A stretch of 64,000 nt of DNA from an uncultured Haloferula sp. (GCA_965652295.1 CBFGTS010000001.1:224001-288000), one strand, 5' to 3'. Positions 1-10,728 are shown, counted from the stretch's first letter. The notes: a model not told the origin generated them from the sequence alone. A program made the numbers and translations.

Positions 1-2
1 GG

Positions 3-161
3 GGTCGCGGTCTGGCCTCGTGGATCGAGGAGCCGGTGAACAACGCCCGCCTCAATGCCTTCACCACCTACGAGGAACGCGTCCCGCACTTCACCGCGAT
101 GATCGAGCAGGCAGGCGGCGATTTCGAGGTGTTCTGGGAGTCAGTGAAGGATTCACGGTAG
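3..161 (+). CDS. 3' end of a putative aminopeptidase (PF10023-like), truncated by the window edge
   Basis: Own translation of frame 3: GRGLASWIEEPVNNARLNAFTTYEERVPHFTAMIEQAGGDFEVFWESVKDSR*. The W..P.NNARL...Y...VP.F.......GD...F pattern resembles the C-terminus of that family. Confidence 0.55.
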   Translation, partial: GRGLASWIEEPVNNARLNAFTTYEERVPHFTAMIEQAGGDFEVFWESVKDSR

Positions 162-236
162 GTGCCAGGATCGAACACGATCCCGCTGAAGTCTTCGCCG
201 AGAAAGGGCCGGGATGAGACAGCCGTAGGGGAAGGT

Positions 237-1307
237 GTGAAGTTTCTGGCGGTGTGGGTTTCGTTGGTGGCGTGGTGTTGCGCGGCGGAAGTCCGGTGGC
301 TGCCGAAGACGCGGGTGATGGTGGCGCGAGGAGGGTATGCGCGGATGGCGCGGGTGGGTGAGGCGCGGTTGCTGTGCGCGTACTCGGCGCGTGGGGGGAT
401 CCGGGTGAAGGAAAGCCGGGATGGAGGCCGGACGTGGGGAGACGAGCGGCGGGTGGGCGAGGAGGAGGGCTCTTCATTGACGAACGCGGAACTGCTGGTG
501 CTGCGAAACGGCGAAGTGTGGTGCCTCTACAACCGTCGTCCGCGGGAGGGGGCCGGTTCTCGGTTTGCGGTGGGTTTTTTCCGTAGCAGGGATGGAGGTG
601 AAACCTGGGGGGAAGCGGAGGTGCTCTATGAGGCGGGCCGCGAGTTCGAGAACGGCTGTTGGGAACCGGCGGGGCTGGAGCTTCCGGATGGGGAAATCCA
701 AGTGTATTTCGCCAACGAAGGCCCCTACACGAAGAGCAATGAGCAGGAGGTCACGCTGCTGAGATCGCGGAATGGCGGGCGCATGTGGGACAAGCCGGAG
801 ACGGTTTCATTCCGTGCCGGATCACGCGATGGGATGCCGGTGCCGGCGCTGTTGCCGGAGGTGAAAGGGATCGCGGTGGCAATCGAGGACAATGGGCTGC
901 GCGGGACCTTCAAGCCGGTGATTCTGGGCACGAGCTGGGTTGGCGGCGGCTGGAGGGACGACGTCGTCGATGGCGACCATCGTGGCCGCTGGCCGGCCCT
1001 GGCGGAGCGGTTGCCTGCGGAGACCTATGCCGGTGCGCCTTATCTGCGATGGGTGCGGAAGGGCGTCACGGTGATTTCCTTCCAGCTCGCCGAGAGCGGT
1101 GACATGAACGACGCGCGGATGGCGGTCTGTTTGGGAAACGGCCGCGCGGAGGATTTCGGCGAGTCTTCGTTTCCGTTTCCCGAAGGGCGGCGCCAGCTGT
1201 GGAACTCGCTGCTGGTGAAGGACGAGAGCACGATCACCGCAGTGAGCGAGGCGACCGTGGACGGAGTGCGGGGAATCTGGGCGATCGATGGCGAGATCAA
1301 GCCGTAA
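237..1307 (+). CDS. Secreted BNR/Asp-box beta-propeller (sialidase-family glycoside hydrolase)
   Basis: Three Asp-box repeats (SRDGGRTW, SRDGGETW, SRNGGRMW), plus WEP and RDGMP motifs. A signal peptide follows the GTG at 237. Confidence 0.75.
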   Translation: MKFLAVWVSLVAWCCAAEVRWLPKTRVMVARGGYARMARVGEARLLCAYSARGGIRVKESRDGGRTWGDERRVGEEEGSSLTNAELLVLRNGEVWCLYNRRPREGAGSRFAVGFFRSRDGGETWGEAEVLYEAGREFENGCWEPAGLELPDGEIQVYFANEGPYTKSNEQEVTLLRSRNGGRMWDKPETVSFRAGSRDGMPVPALLPEVKGIAVAIEDNGLRGTFKPVILGTSWVGGGWRDDVVDGDHRGRWPALAERLPAETYAGAPYLRWVRKGVTVISFQLAESGDMNDARMAVCLGNGRAEDFGESSFPFPEGRRQLWNSLLVKDESTITAVSEATVDGVRGIWAIDGEIKP

Positions 1308-2229
1308 CACGGCGGCGACGCAGGGCGAAGGAGATGCCGGCGAGGCCGTAGAGCATGGTGAGGGCCGGTTCGGGCACCGCCACGATAGCCTCGATCTGCG
1401 CGCCGTAGAAGGACAGATCGGCGATGTAGGTGCCATTGCCGAAGACGGCACTCGTGGTTCCGCCGGGTTGATTCTCGAAGTTCGCGACCGCGTGGATCAT
1501 GCCGGTGAGTTCCCAATTGCCGCCGTTTTTGATGAACACGGCTCCGCCGGAGTCTCCTTGGACGGCCTGCGCCTCATTGGCGACAGCTCCTCCGCCATCG
1601 GTGAAGGTGGTGGTGAAGGAACGGACGGTTCCGTGCGAACCCGTCACGTCAAGGCCTGTGCTGGAGGTGAGGTTTTCGCCCCAACGGATCGAGTTGCCGC
1701 TGCTGGCGAGGTAGCCGCTCCGATCGGCAGGCGGCGGAGGGGTGACGACCGTCCAAACATCGTCCGCGGATCCTGGACCCACGGTTACATCCCAAGAGGT
1801 CAGGGAGGTGGCGCGGTTTCGCCCGTTTCCAATCATGACGAGGGGATCGCTGGTGACGGTAGGGGCGGAGCTGATGGAGAGGCTGGCAAGACCCGGGTCG
1901 GTTGCGAGACGGAAGAGGACGAGATCGGTCGAAACGGTCATCCCCGGGGTGCTGTTGTTGTTGAGCCGCTGCCACGTGGCCGCCTCGGTGGCGTAGCTGG
2001 TGCCGCCGAAGTTCACGCTGGCCGGAAGGGAATTCGCCACGTGGTGGGCGGTCAGAACCCACCGGTTTCCGAGATAGATGGCCGAGGCGCTGTTGAGTTT
2101 CCCGATGTTGGCGAAGCCGGGGTCGTCCACGGGTGCCGAGGTGTTTCCCGCTCCGGTGCCGCCGGAAATGACGACCGCTGCGGCGGGTAGGGAGAGCAGA
2201 GAGCAAATTGCAAAGGGGAGCCGGATCAT
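1297..2229 (-). CDS. Trypsin-like serine protease with PEP-CTERM sorting signal
   Basis: Signal peptide; LTAHHV (His), TDLVLF (Asp), GDSGG (Ser); C-terminal VPEP + hydrophobic helix + RRRR. Confidence 0.85.
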   Translation of the reverse strand: MIRLPFAICSLLSLPAAAVVISGGTGAGNTSAPVDDPGFANIGKLNSASAIYLGNRWVLTAHHVANSLPASVNFGGTSYATEAATWQRLNNNSTPGMTVSTDLVLFRLATDPGLASLSISSAPTVTSDPLVMIGNGRNRATSLTSWDVTVGPGSADDVWTVVTPPPPADRSGYLASSGNSIRWGENLTSSTGLDVTGSHGTVRSFTTTFTDGGGAVANEAQAVQGDSGGAVFIKNGGNWELTGMIHAVANFENQPGGTTSAVFGNGTYIADLSFYGAQIEAIVAVPEPALTMLYGLAGISFALRRRRVTA

Positions 2230-2356
2230 GGGTTCGCGGAAGTCGATGAGGGTATTTCACAAATGAAGTAAGTCGGCAAGAAGTTGTGGGACCCGTCTTC
2301 GCGGAGGCACTTCAAGCAGGCTGGACAGGCGGCAGGGGGCTGCGCACCTTCGCCGC

Positions 2357-3466
2357 GTGGCGGGCATCCATGCGATCATCGGAACCGACGAAGGTCGGGT
2401 CAAAGAGGAGGCGCTGCGGCTCCATCGGGAGCTGACGGGCGGCAATGACGACGGCTTCACCCACGAGACGATCGACGGTACCGCGGACAACGCCGAAGGG
2501 GCGTTCCAGATCTGCAGGTCCGTCGTGGAGGCGCTGAACACGCTGCCGTTTTTCGGAGGGGAAAAGGTGGTCTGGCTGAAATCCGCGACCTTTCTGGTAG
2601 ACGACGTGACCGGGCGGGCGGAGCGGACGCTTTCCGGGGTGGAGGCACTCAAGGACTGTTTGGAGGCGGGCTTGGCGCAGGGAGTGACCTTCCTGCTTAG
2701 CGCCACGGGCATCGACAAGCGGCGGGCGTTCTGGAAGTTCCTCGAAAAGAACGGCACGGTGCGGAGCTTCGACCGGATCGATACTTCGAAAGAGGGTTGG
2801 GAGGAGGAGGTCGCGCGGCTGGTGCGCGGGCGGGCGAAGGATCTCGGACTGACGTTCGAGGCGGAAGCGCTGGAGCTTTTCGTGATGCAGGCGGGCGAAG
2901 CCACGCGGCAAATCGGCTCGGAATTGGAAAAGCTGGACCTCTACCTCGGACCGGAGCGGCGCACGGTGGAGCTGGACGACGTCCGCAGACTGGTGCCGAT
3001 GAGCCGGGCGGGCATCGTTTTCGAAATCGGCAAAGCCCTCCAGACCGGCGATGCGGCGCGGGCGATCGAGCTGATCGACCGGCTGCTGGTCAGCGGGGAA
3101 AGCGCGATCGGTCTGATGCGGGCCTCGATCATTCCCACCGTGCGGAGTCTTTTCATGGCGCGGGTGGTGGCGGACATGGGCGTGCGCGGTGGCTCGTATC
3201 CGGCGTTTTCCAGTGCCTTGGAAAAGCTGCCGCCGCTCAAGAAGGCGTGGCTGCCGCAGAAGAAGGCGGGCGGGGTGAATGCGTATCCGCTGTTTCTTTC
3301 CCAGCAGGCCGCCGGAGCGTTCACCCAGCCGGCCTTGCGCTCGCTGATGGAGTCCGCGCTGAAAGCCGACAAGGCGTTGGTGACGACCGGTTTGGATCAC
3401 CGCCTGGTGCTCCACCGTTTCGTCGCGGAAATGAGCGCTGCGGTGGAAAGGAAGCGGGGAGCGTAG
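2357..3466 (+). CDS. holA: DNA polymerase III subunit delta
   Basis: IIGTDE start, TLPFFGGEKVVWLK, ELEKLDLY; 369 aa. Confidence 0.85.
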   Translation: MAGIHAIIGTDEGRVKEEALRLHRELTGGNDDGFTHETIDGTADNAEGAFQICRSVVEALNTLPFFGGEKVVWLKSATFLVDDVTGRAERTLSGVEALKDCLEAGLAQGVTFLLSATGIDKRRAFWKFLEKNGTVRSFDRIDTSKEGWEEEVARLVRGRAKDLGLTFEAEALELFVMQAGEATRQIGSELEKLDLYLGPERRTVELDDVRRLVPMSRAGIVFEIGKALQTGDAARAIELIDRLLVSGESAIGLMRASIIPTVRSLFMARVVADMGVRGGSYPAFSSALEKLPPLKKAWLPQKKAGGVNAYPLFLSQQAAGAFTQPALRSLMESALKADKALVTTGLDHRLVLHRFVAEMSAAVERKRGA

Positions 3467-3553
3467 CGGCGTCGATCCTGGAGTGTGCCGCAGCCGGAGG
3501 CGATGGCGCGGAATTCCGCGGCATCGCGGTCGATGCCCTGTCGCAGCTCCACC

Positions 3554-3586
3554 AAAAAGCCGGGCGCCTGTTGGGGCGACCGGCTT
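3554..3586 (-). terminator. Intrinsic terminator of araA
   Basis: The minus strand reads AAGCCGGTCGCC-CCAACA-GGCGCCCGGC followed by TTTTT, just downstream of the araA stop. Confidence 0.65.
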
Positions 3587-3608
3587 GGAAGGCGAGGCAG
3601 CTACGGGA

Positions 3609-5111
3609 TCAGGCGTAGGTGATCTGGAGGCCGTAGGCGACGTCGTTCCATTCGAGTTCCTGGCGGAACTGGCGGACCTTGGTGTCACCATCGATCACGA
3701 CCAGCTCGATGCCGGCGATGTTCGCGAAATCCTCGAGCATCTCGGTGGTCACCGCCTGGCTGTAGCCGGTGTGGTGGGCTCCGCCGGCGTAGATCCAGCA
3801 GGCGCAGCCGTCTTCGAAGTTCGGCAGCGGCTTCCACAGCGCTTGGGCGACGGGAAGCTTGGGCATTTCCGGGCCGGTGGTGCCTTCGACTTCATTGACG
3901 AGCATCCGGAAGCGGTTGCCCATGTCGATGATCGAGGCGTTGAGACCGGGGGCGGCCGGGGTGTTGAAAACGAGGCGGGCGGGATCGGCCTTGCCGCCGA
4001 TGCCGAGCGGGTGGACCTGGAGCGAGGGTTTGCCGTCGGCGATGGTCGGGCAGATTTCCAGCATGTGCGCGCCGAGCACCTTCGGATCGGCGGGGTCCAT
4101 GTGGTAGGTGTAGTCCTCCATGAAGGAGGTGCCGCCTTCGAGGCCGGTGGCCATGACTTTCATGGCGCGGACGAGTGCCGCAGTCTTCCAGTCGCCCTCG
4201 CCGGCGAAGCCGTAGCCCTGGGCCATGAGGCGCTGAGGCGCGAGGCCGGGGAGCTGGACGAGGCCGTGGAGGTCTTCGAAGGTGGTGGTGAAACCCTTGA
4301 AATGGCCTTCTTCGAGGAAGGTCTTGAGGCCGAGCTCGATGCGGGCGGCCTCACGGAGCGACTCGTGCCGGGCGCCGCCCTTCTTGAGATCGTCGGCGAT
4401 CTCGTAGCTGGATTCGTATTCGGCGATGAGGGCGTCGAGGTCGGCGTCGCTGACGGCGTCCACTTTGGCGACGAGATCGCCGACGCCGTAGCCGTTGACG
4501 GAAAAGCCGAACTTGATCTGGGCGGTGACTTTGTCGCCTTCGGTCACGGCGACCTCACGCATATTGTCGCCGAAGCGGCAGAATTTGCCTCCCTGCCAGT
4601 CGTGCCAAGCGGCGGCGGCGCGGGTCCAGGCACCGAGTTTTTCCTGCACCGAGTCCGCCTGCCAGAATCCGACGACCACCTTCCGCTTGCGGCGGATGCG
4701 GGACATGATGAACCCGTGCTCGCGGTCGCCATGGGCGGCCTGGTTGAGGTTCATGAAGTCCATGTCGATGGACGACCACGGGATGTCGCGGTTGTACTGG
4801 GTGTGGAGGTGGCAGATGGGCTTGGAAAGCAGGCCCAGGCCGTTGATCCACATTTTCGACGGAGAGAAGGTGTGGCACCAGGTGATGAGGCCGATGCAGC
4901 CAGGGGTGTTGTTCGCTTCCCGGCACAGCTCGGTGATCTCGGCCGGCGTTTTCATCACCGGCTTGAAAACCACTTTCACGGGGATGCGAGCGCTGGCGTC
5001 CAGACCGGCGGCGATTTCCTCCGAGTGGGCGGCGACTTGCTTGAGAGTTTCGGGGCCGTAGAGGTGCTGGCTGCCGGTCACGAACCAGACTTCGAGTTGT
5101 TTCAATTCCAT
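3609..5111 (-). CDS. araA: L-arabinose isomerase
   Basis: [55 protein letters not shown]; 500 aa from the ATG at 5111. Confidence 0.97.
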   Translation of the reverse strand: MELKQLEVWFVTGSQHLYGPETLKQVAAHSEEIAAGLDASARIPVKVVFKPVMKTPAEITELCREANNTPGCIGLITWCHTFSPSKMWINGLGLLSKPICHLHTQYNRDIPWSSIDMDFMNLNQAAHGDREHGFIMSRIRRKRKVVVGFWQADSVQEKLGAWTRAAAAWHDWQGGKFCRFGDNMREVAVTEGDKVTAQIKFGFSVNGYGVGDLVAKVDAVSDADLDALIAEYESSYEIADDLKKGGARHESLREAARIELGLKTFLEEGHFKGFTTTFEDLHGLVQLPGLAPQRLMAQGYGFAGEGDWKTAALVRAMKVMATGLEGGTSFMEDYTYHMDPADPKVLGAHMLEICPTIADGKPSLQVHPLGIGGKADPARLVFNTPAAPGLNASIIDMGNRFRMLVNEVEGTTGPEMPKLPVAQALWKPLPNFEDGCACWIYAGGAHHTGYSQAVTTEMLEDFANIAGIELVVIDGDTKVRQFRQELEWNDVAYGLQITYA

Positions 5112-5147
5112 GAGTGCTCTGGGTTGAGAAGAGTTGCTGAACGAGAG

Positions 5148-5161
5148 ACAGGAAACGTTTC
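5148..5161. promoter_or_regulatory. Candidate LacI-type operator between divergent araA and GH43
   Basis: ACAGGAAACGTTTC contains the perfect palindrome GAAACGTTTC. A 13/14 copy lies at 14620-14633. Confidence 0.5.
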
Positions 5162-5292
5162 TCTCGCCTGCGGTGCAAGAGATGTTTGGTCGATGACGGC
5201 AAATCGTCCCTTCCAAAGTCCGTCAACCCGCGGGTGCCGGCCGGGGTTTTCGGGTGGAATGTCCGGCCTCGTTGGGTAGCGTGAGGAAACCC

Positions 5293-6318
5293 ATGAATGC
5301 ACGTTCGTTTCTTTGTTCTTCGATTGTTTTTCTAGCCCTCGTTGGTGCTTCCGCCGTCCGGGCGGAGGTTCTGGAGTATGAGAACCCTGTCTGGGACGGC
5401 TACCTGGCGGACCCGTTTGCGTTCAAATCCGGCGACACGTGGTACGCGATCGGGACCGGAGAGACGGAGGACGGGAAGCAGTTTCCCATTCTGAAGTCGG
5501 AGAACTTCACCGACTGGGAGCTGGTCGGAGGTGCCTTGGAGAAGATCGAGGGCATCGACGAATACTGGGCACCGGAGATTGCGGAAAAGGATGGCAAATT
5601 TTACCTCTACTGGGCCGGGAACCGGAAGATGCGGGTGGCGGTGAGCGATTCCCCGACCGGTCCGTTCAAGGACACCGGCAAGCTGATGTTTCCGGACCTG
5701 GATTTCTCGATTGATGGCCATGCCTTCAAGGATCCGCAGAGTGGGCAGTGGTACTTCTTTTTCGCCAAGGACTACTTCGATTTGCGGCCGGGCACGGCGC
5801 TGGCGGTGGTGAAACTGGGCGATGACATGATGACGCCGGAAGGGGAGCAGAAAACGGTGATGAGGGCCTTCGCGGACTGGCAGATCTATGAACGGGACCG
5901 CGAGCTCTACGGCAAGAAATGGAAGGCATGGCATACGGTCGAGGGGCCGGCGGTGGTGTTCCGCGACGGGCTTTACTACCTCTTTTACTCCGGCGGAAAC
6001 TGGCAGACGCCCGGGTACGGAGTCGGGTGTGCGAACAGCGCCACGGTCGATGGCCTCTACGTCGATGAGCTTTCGCGGGACAAGGCGGGCGTGATCCACA
6101 CGATTCCCGGGGAGTTGATCGGCCCCGGTCACAATTCGGTGGTGCTGGGTCCGGATGGGGAGACGTGGTTCAATGTCTATCACTCTTGGAACGAGGCACA
6201 GACCAAGCGGCAGATGTGCATGGACCCTCTGGTGTGGGTGAAAAACGGGGCCCGCACCCATCAGCCCGGCCGTGGCAGGAAAACCGTCGAGCTGCCTCTG
6301 GAAAATGCAGCGGAGTAG
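5293..6318 (+). CDS. Secreted GH43 glycoside hydrolase (arabinanase/arabinofuranosidase/xylosidase type)
   Basis: Signal peptide; ADP, WAPE, IDG, EGP and GPGHNS motifs; divergent from araA. Confidence 0.9.
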   Translation: MNARSFLCSSIVFLALVGASAVRAEVLEYENPVWDGYLADPFAFKSGDTWYAIGTGETEDGKQFPILKSENFTDWELVGGALEKIEGIDEYWAPEIAEKDGKFYLYWAGNRKMRVAVSDSPTGPFKDTGKLMFPDLDFSIDGHAFKDPQSGQWYFFFAKDYFDLRPGTALAVVKLGDDMMTPEGEQKTVMRAFADWQIYERDRELYGKKWKAWHTVEGPAVVFRDGLYYLFYSGGNWQTPGYGVGCANSATVDGLYVDELSRDKAGVIHTIPGELIGPGHNSVVLGPDGETWFNVYHSWNEAQTKRQMCMDPLVWVKNGARTHQPGRGRKTVELPLENAAE

Positions 6319-6322
6319 CGGC

Positions 6323-7213
6323 CTACGAGAGTAGGAGCAGACCTCCGACGATGCCCGCGACGCAGAGCGACTTGGCGACGAGGTGCCTTTCGCCGAACAC
6401 GAAGATGCCCAGCAGGAAGGATACGATCACCGAGCTGCGACGGACTGGAGAAATCAGCGAAATCATGGTGTCGATCTGGCTGATGGCCACGAAGTAGAGC
6501 AGGTCGGCCGCCAGCAGCGTGACGCCGATGACGGGGATCGCCCAGTGCCAGCGGAAGGGCTTCCGGTTGCGGCGACGGTGCCAGAAGAAGAGCCCGGGCA
6601 CTAGTAGGAGTGAGAGATCGATCGTGAACCAGGCTTGGACCGCGGTCGCCGGGATGGCGGCACTTTGCAGCAGGAATTTGTCGTAGAGCGCGGAAAGGGC
6701 ACCGAGCACGGTGGCGACGATCATGAACCCGACGCCCTTGTCCCGGTGGAAATGGATGCCCTCTTTCCGTCCGACGAAGGTGAAGGCGAAAAACGAAACC
6801 AGGATGGCCGAGAGGCCGAACCATTGGCGGGCCGAAGGGGCTTCGCTGTAGAGCAGGACGGCGAGACCGATGGTCCACAGGGGGCCGGTGGCCCGGATGG
6901 GGGTGGCGATCGAGAGCGGGAGCGACTTCAGGCCGTGGTAGCCGCAGACCCACGAACAGCCGACGAGCAGGGCTTTGAAAAAAAGCAGGACGTGCTCGCG
7001 CGGTTCGAGATGGACGACGTCCAATGCAGGATGGGGCAGGCTGCCGGGGGAAACCGCGGCCCACACCATGAAGGGCAGCCAGAGGAGCGAGGAGGCGGCG
7101 ACGCTGCCGAAAAGCACCGGCGTCACGTCGTTGTCCCGCAAGGCCGTTTTCTTGAAGTAGTCGTAGAACCCCAGGAAGACGGCGGAAACAACGGTGAGGA
7201 CGAGCCAGGACAC
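6323..7213 (-). CDS. EamA/DMT family transporter
   Basis: About 10 hydrophobic segments in two repeats; 296 aa; GTG start. Confidence 0.8.
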   Translation of the reverse strand: MSWLVLTVVSAVFLGFYDYFKKTALRDNDVTPVLFGSVAASSLLWLPFMVWAAVSPGSLPHPALDVVHLEPREHVLLFFKALLVGCSWVCGYHGLKSLPLSIATPIRATGPLWTIGLAVLLYSEAPSARQWFGLSAILVSFFAFTFVGRKEGIHFHRDKGVGFMIVATVLGALSALYDKFLLQSAAIPATAVQAWFTIDLSLLLVPGLFFWHRRRNRKPFRWHWAIPVIGVTLLAADLLYFVAISQIDTMISLISPVRRSSVIVSFLLGIFVFGERHLVAKSLCVAGIVGGLLLLS

Positions 7214-7252
7214 CCGCCGGAGTTAGCGCGGACAGGACTGATGGAAAGGCAT

Positions 7253-10200
7253 TTATCGGATTCCTCCCGTGCGGAATGTGCGGATGTCGAAGGCACGCCA
7301 CGTGGAAGCGGCGGGCACGGCTTCCCGTTCCATCAGATCGGTCTCCACCCAGGGAAGCCCGAGCGCATCGGGTGCCCCGGCGGCCACCGCGCGTCCGGCG
7401 GACTCGACCCAGCGCATGACGAGCCCGCGGCCGTCCTCGGCACGTTTGAGCGCCTCGAGGGTGAGGCCGGGCGACACGGGAGAAACCCATGTTGCCTCGG
7501 CCGACCCGCGGACACGGCCGGGACGGATGAGCAGCGGGGTGTTGAGCGAGAGAGCTTCTTCGATGACGCCGCCGCTGAGGTGGTTTCCCGGATGAGGGAA
7601 AAGACTGAAGGTCCTGCGGTGAATGCCGAGATCCGCGACGGGGTCGGGCGCGCTGGCTGATTTCAAAAGGGTGAGCCGCACCCGGCCGTCCAGCACGTCG
7701 CAGCCGAAGATGCCGTTGTTGAGCACCGCAACGCCGCGGTCGGACTCGGTGAGGTCGAGCCAGCGGTGGACCGGCATCTCGAACTTCGCGGCGTCCCAGG
7801 AGGTGTTGCGATGGGTGGGGCGCCGGACGTGGCCGAACTGGATTTCACAGGTGGCGTGATCGGTCCGGACGGCGAACGGAAAAGCGACCTTCAGCACACG
7901 GTCCCGCTCGCGCCAGTCGACCTCCGTTTCAAAATCAAGCCGGGCGCTGCCCGCGCGCAGCGTGATGGATTGGGTGACGACCGAGGTGCCGAAGGTCCGG
8001 CGGATGCGGAAGATCGCCCGGAGCGGGCCGGACTCGACCTGTTGGCCGTGGCCACCGTCGCCGACGATTTCGAAATCGTCCATGGCGGAAGCTTCGATGT
8101 CCCACGCGCTCCAGCGGTTCGGGTAGTCGCGCAGCAAATGGAGCTCGTTGGCCGGACCGGCGAGGGTTTCGAGGCCACTGCGGAGGTCGCGCAGCGAGTT
8201 CACGACGCCGTTCCGTCCGAGCGAAACGGAGATGAGTCCGTTGGCGATCTGCCAGCCCTCCAAGGTTTCCTCCACGGTGACGGGCGCGACTCCGTCCGGG
8301 AGTCCTGCGGATGGCGGGGAACTACGGTACCCACAGGACTTCACCGAGATCCAGAACGGAAGGCCGTCGTTCTCAACCACCTCCGACCGGTCGTGGGCGA
8401 GGGTGTTGAAAACGGTGATGTCCTCCGATGGTTCCAGTAGTTTGGTCATGCCGGCCTCGCGGATCGCGTGGGCGATCGTGTGGATGACCTCATAATCGCG
8501 GCGGCTCTCTTCGTAAACGCGGTGGATCGAAGAGCCCGGGAGGATGTCGTGGAATTGATTGAGGAGCAGAAGTTTCCACGCCCGATCGAGGGCCTCGGAA
8601 GTGGCGGAACCCTGCTTTTCCGTCGAGTGCCCGGGGACGTCCCACGGTGTGCGCTCCGGATACGGGTCGGCCTCGATCAGCTCGCCGGGCACGAGCACCG
8701 AGCAGACCGCGTCGAAGAACTCGGCCTCGCGCAGCAGCAGCTCGCAACGGCGGTTCATGAGCTTGTTGTGCGCCTGACTGGTGTAGGTGCCGCGGTGGAG
8801 TTCGAGGTAGAGTTCACCGCGCCAGACGGGAGGTTCGTCGATTTCGGATTCGGCCGCGTCGAAAAAACCTGCGACGGTTCCAAACTCCACCTTGGGAAGG
8901 CCCTCGAAATCGGAGTAGCGGCGGATGCGTTCGATCATTTCGATCGTCGGGCCGCCGCCGCCATCGCCGTAGCCGTAGGGCAGGAGCGAGCGTGACGCGC
9001 GGTCTTTCTGGGCGAACTGGCGCTCGGCCTTGGCCAGCTCGCGGGCTTCGACCCGGGCGTTGTAGGTATCGACGGGCGGGAAATGGCTGAACACCCGGGT
9101 GCCGTCGATTCCCTCCCAGAGGAAGGTGTGGTGGGGAAAACGGTTGGTGTCGTTCCAGGAGATCTTCTGCGTGAGAAATCGCCCGACCCCCGCCTTCTGC
9201 AGAATCTGTGGCAACGCGGCGGAGTATCCGAACACGTCGGGCAGCCACAGTTCGCGGCTTTCGATCCCGAACTCATCTTCGAAGAATTTCTTCCCATGGA
9301 CGAGCTGGCGGACGAGCGACTCACCGGAAGGGACGTTGCAATCCGGCTCGACCCACATCGCTCCCATCGGCTCCCATTGGCCGCGTTCCACCGCGGTACG
9401 GATCCCCTCGTAGATCGTCGGATAGTGGTGCTTCATCCACAGGTAATGCACCGGCTGGGAGGCGCTGAAGCGGTAGTCGGGATGGTCCTTCATGTAGGCC
9501 AACGCGGTGGAAAAGGTGCGGGCACACTTGCGGATCGTTTCGCGCAGCGGCCAGCACCAGGCGGTGTCGATGTGGGCGTGGCCGATGGCGGTGAGGGTGT
9601 GGCAGGTGCTGCCATTGGTGGCGGCGAGGAGCGGGGCGAGCTTGGCGCGGGCGGCGGGGAGCCAATCGCGTTGGCCGCGTTCCATCAGCTGGCAGGTTTC
9701 ATCGAGGACCCGCAGGAGTCGGGCGCGGCGGGTGCCGGATTCCGGCAGCTCGAACATCGCCTCCCGGCAAACGCGGAAATCGATGAGAAAGGCGAAAACC
9801 TCGTCATCGTAGACGGCCAGCCTGGCTTCGCGGATCTGGAAGAGCCGCTCCCCGGAGTCGCGTTCGCGGCCGTCGTGCCAGTGCCATTCTTCCTTGGGAT
9901 TGGCCGATGCCTCGACGTGGAAATCGACGGTCTCGCCGCCCGCTGCGTGCGGAAAAAGGGGGGCCGCGGTCCGGCGGCGGCTCAGCGCGATGACCGGCCT
10001 GCCGTCCTGCCACACCTGGCCTTCCCGGCCGAAGCCCTCCTCGTCCTCGAAGCTGAGGTCGATGAGTGCGACAACGTTTTTTCCCTGCCACTCGGCGGGC
10101 ACGGTGCCGGTGAAATGGAACCAGGCGGTGCCCCACTCACGGCCCCAGCGGGTGCCTTCGGCGACTTCCGTGAAGGGTGAGGCGAGGGCCTCCTGATGGG

Positions 10201-10327
10201 AAACCGGCTCGCTGGGTGCTTCCCACAGGGCGATGTGCAGCGGCGCGGTGGCCGGGTAGAGGAGCGGGAGAATGAAGCGATTTTCGGCGAGCTGGATGCG
10301 GGTCTCGATCTTCTGCTGGGTTTCCAT
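7253..10327 (-). CDS. Alpha-mannosidase GH38
   Basis: GHAHIDTAWCWP, LWLPDVFGYS, GELYLELHRGTYTSQ, LNQFHDILPGSSI. Confidence 0.93.
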   Translation of the reverse strand: METQQKIETRIQLAENRFILPLLYPATAPLHIALWEAPSEPVSHQEALASPFTEVAEGTRWGREWGTAWFHFTGTVPAEWQGKNVVALIDLSFEDEEGFGREGQVWQDGRPVIALSRRRTAAPLFPHAAGGETVDFHVEASANPKEEWHWHDGRERDSGERLFQIREARLAVYDDEVFAFLIDFRVCREAMFELPESGTRRARLLRVLDETCQLMERGQRDWLPAARAKLAPLLAATNGSTCHTLTAIGHAHIDTAWCWPLRETIRKCARTFSTALAYMKDHPDYRFSASQPVHYLWMKHHYPTIYEGIRTAVERGQWEPMGAMWVEPDCNVPSGESLVRQLVHGKKFFEDEFGIESRELWLPDVFGYSAALPQILQKAGVGRFLTQKISWNDTNRFPHHTFLWEGIDGTRVFSHFPPVDTYNARVEARELAKAERQFAQKDRASRSLLPYGYGDGGGGPTIEMIERIRRYSDFEGLPKVEFGTVAGFFDAAESEIDEPPVWRGELYLELHRGTYTSQAHNKLMNRRCELLLREAEFFDAVCSVLVPGELIEADPYPERTPWDVPGHSTEKQGSATSEALDRAWKLLLLNQFHDILPGSSIHRVYEESRRDYEVIHTIAHAIREAGMTKLLEPSEDITVFNTLAHDRSEVVENDGLPFWISVKSCGYRSSPPSAGLPDGVAPVTVEETLEGWQIANGLISVSLGRNGVVNSLRDLRSGLETLAGPANELHLLRDYPNRWSAWDIEASAMDDFEIVGDGGHGQQVESGPLRAIFRIRRTFGTSVVTQSITLRAGSARLDFETEVDWRERDRVLKVAFPFAVRTDHATCEIQFGHVRRPTHRNTSWDAAKFEMPVHRWLDLTESDRGVAVLNNGIFGCDVLDGRVRLTLLKSASAPDPVADLGIHRRTFSLFPHPGNHLSGGVIEEALSLNTPLLIRPGRVRGSAEATWVSPVSPGLTLEALKRAEDGRGLVMRWVESAGRAVAAGAPDALGLPWVETDLMEREAVPAASTWRAFDIRTFRTGGIR

Positions 10328-10441
10328 GGGTTGATGGGCGGATACGACGGAGAGGATGCCGGCTTGGCAAAAATGCAGAAGCAATCGTTTTGCGGAGTCG
10401 CAGAGCCGACCTATCGGTTAGCGAACCTGAATCCCAAACTG

Positions 10442-10618
10442 ATGAAACTGATGAAACCCGTCCTCCTGGTGGCCACCGGCCTGTTCGCGCTCGGCGCTGT
10501 GGCGTGCGATCGCAAGGAAACCGTGCTGGATGTCGATACCCCGGGTGGCGAGCTGAAGGTGGAGAAAGACAAGGATACCGGTGCCGTGAACGTCGAGATC
10601 GACGGTGACGGCGAGTGA
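10442..10618 (+). CDS. Small lipoprotein, hypothetical
   Basis: MKLMKPVLLVATGLFALGAVAC: basic N-terminus, hydrophobic core and lipobox Cys; genome-typical codon use. Confidence 0.65.
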   Translation: MKLMKPVLLVATGLFALGAVACDRKETVLDVDTPGGELKVEKDKDTGAVNVEIDGDGE

Positions 10619-10728
10619 TCCTTCATGGTTCTCCTGTTTCCCCGGACAATCGACCCATGCCGGTTGTCCGGGTTTCTTATTATAAACAAGCAAGCGGCGG
10701 AGGGCGGAGAAATGCTTAGCTTGGTGGG

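Noticed and set aside
3483..5279. Long antisense ORF (598 aa) and similar shadow ORFs such as 42370-44379, 29463-30956 and 60145-61689
   Set aside because: They lie opposite well-supported genes and have no motifs. Such ORFs are expected from high-GC codon bias.
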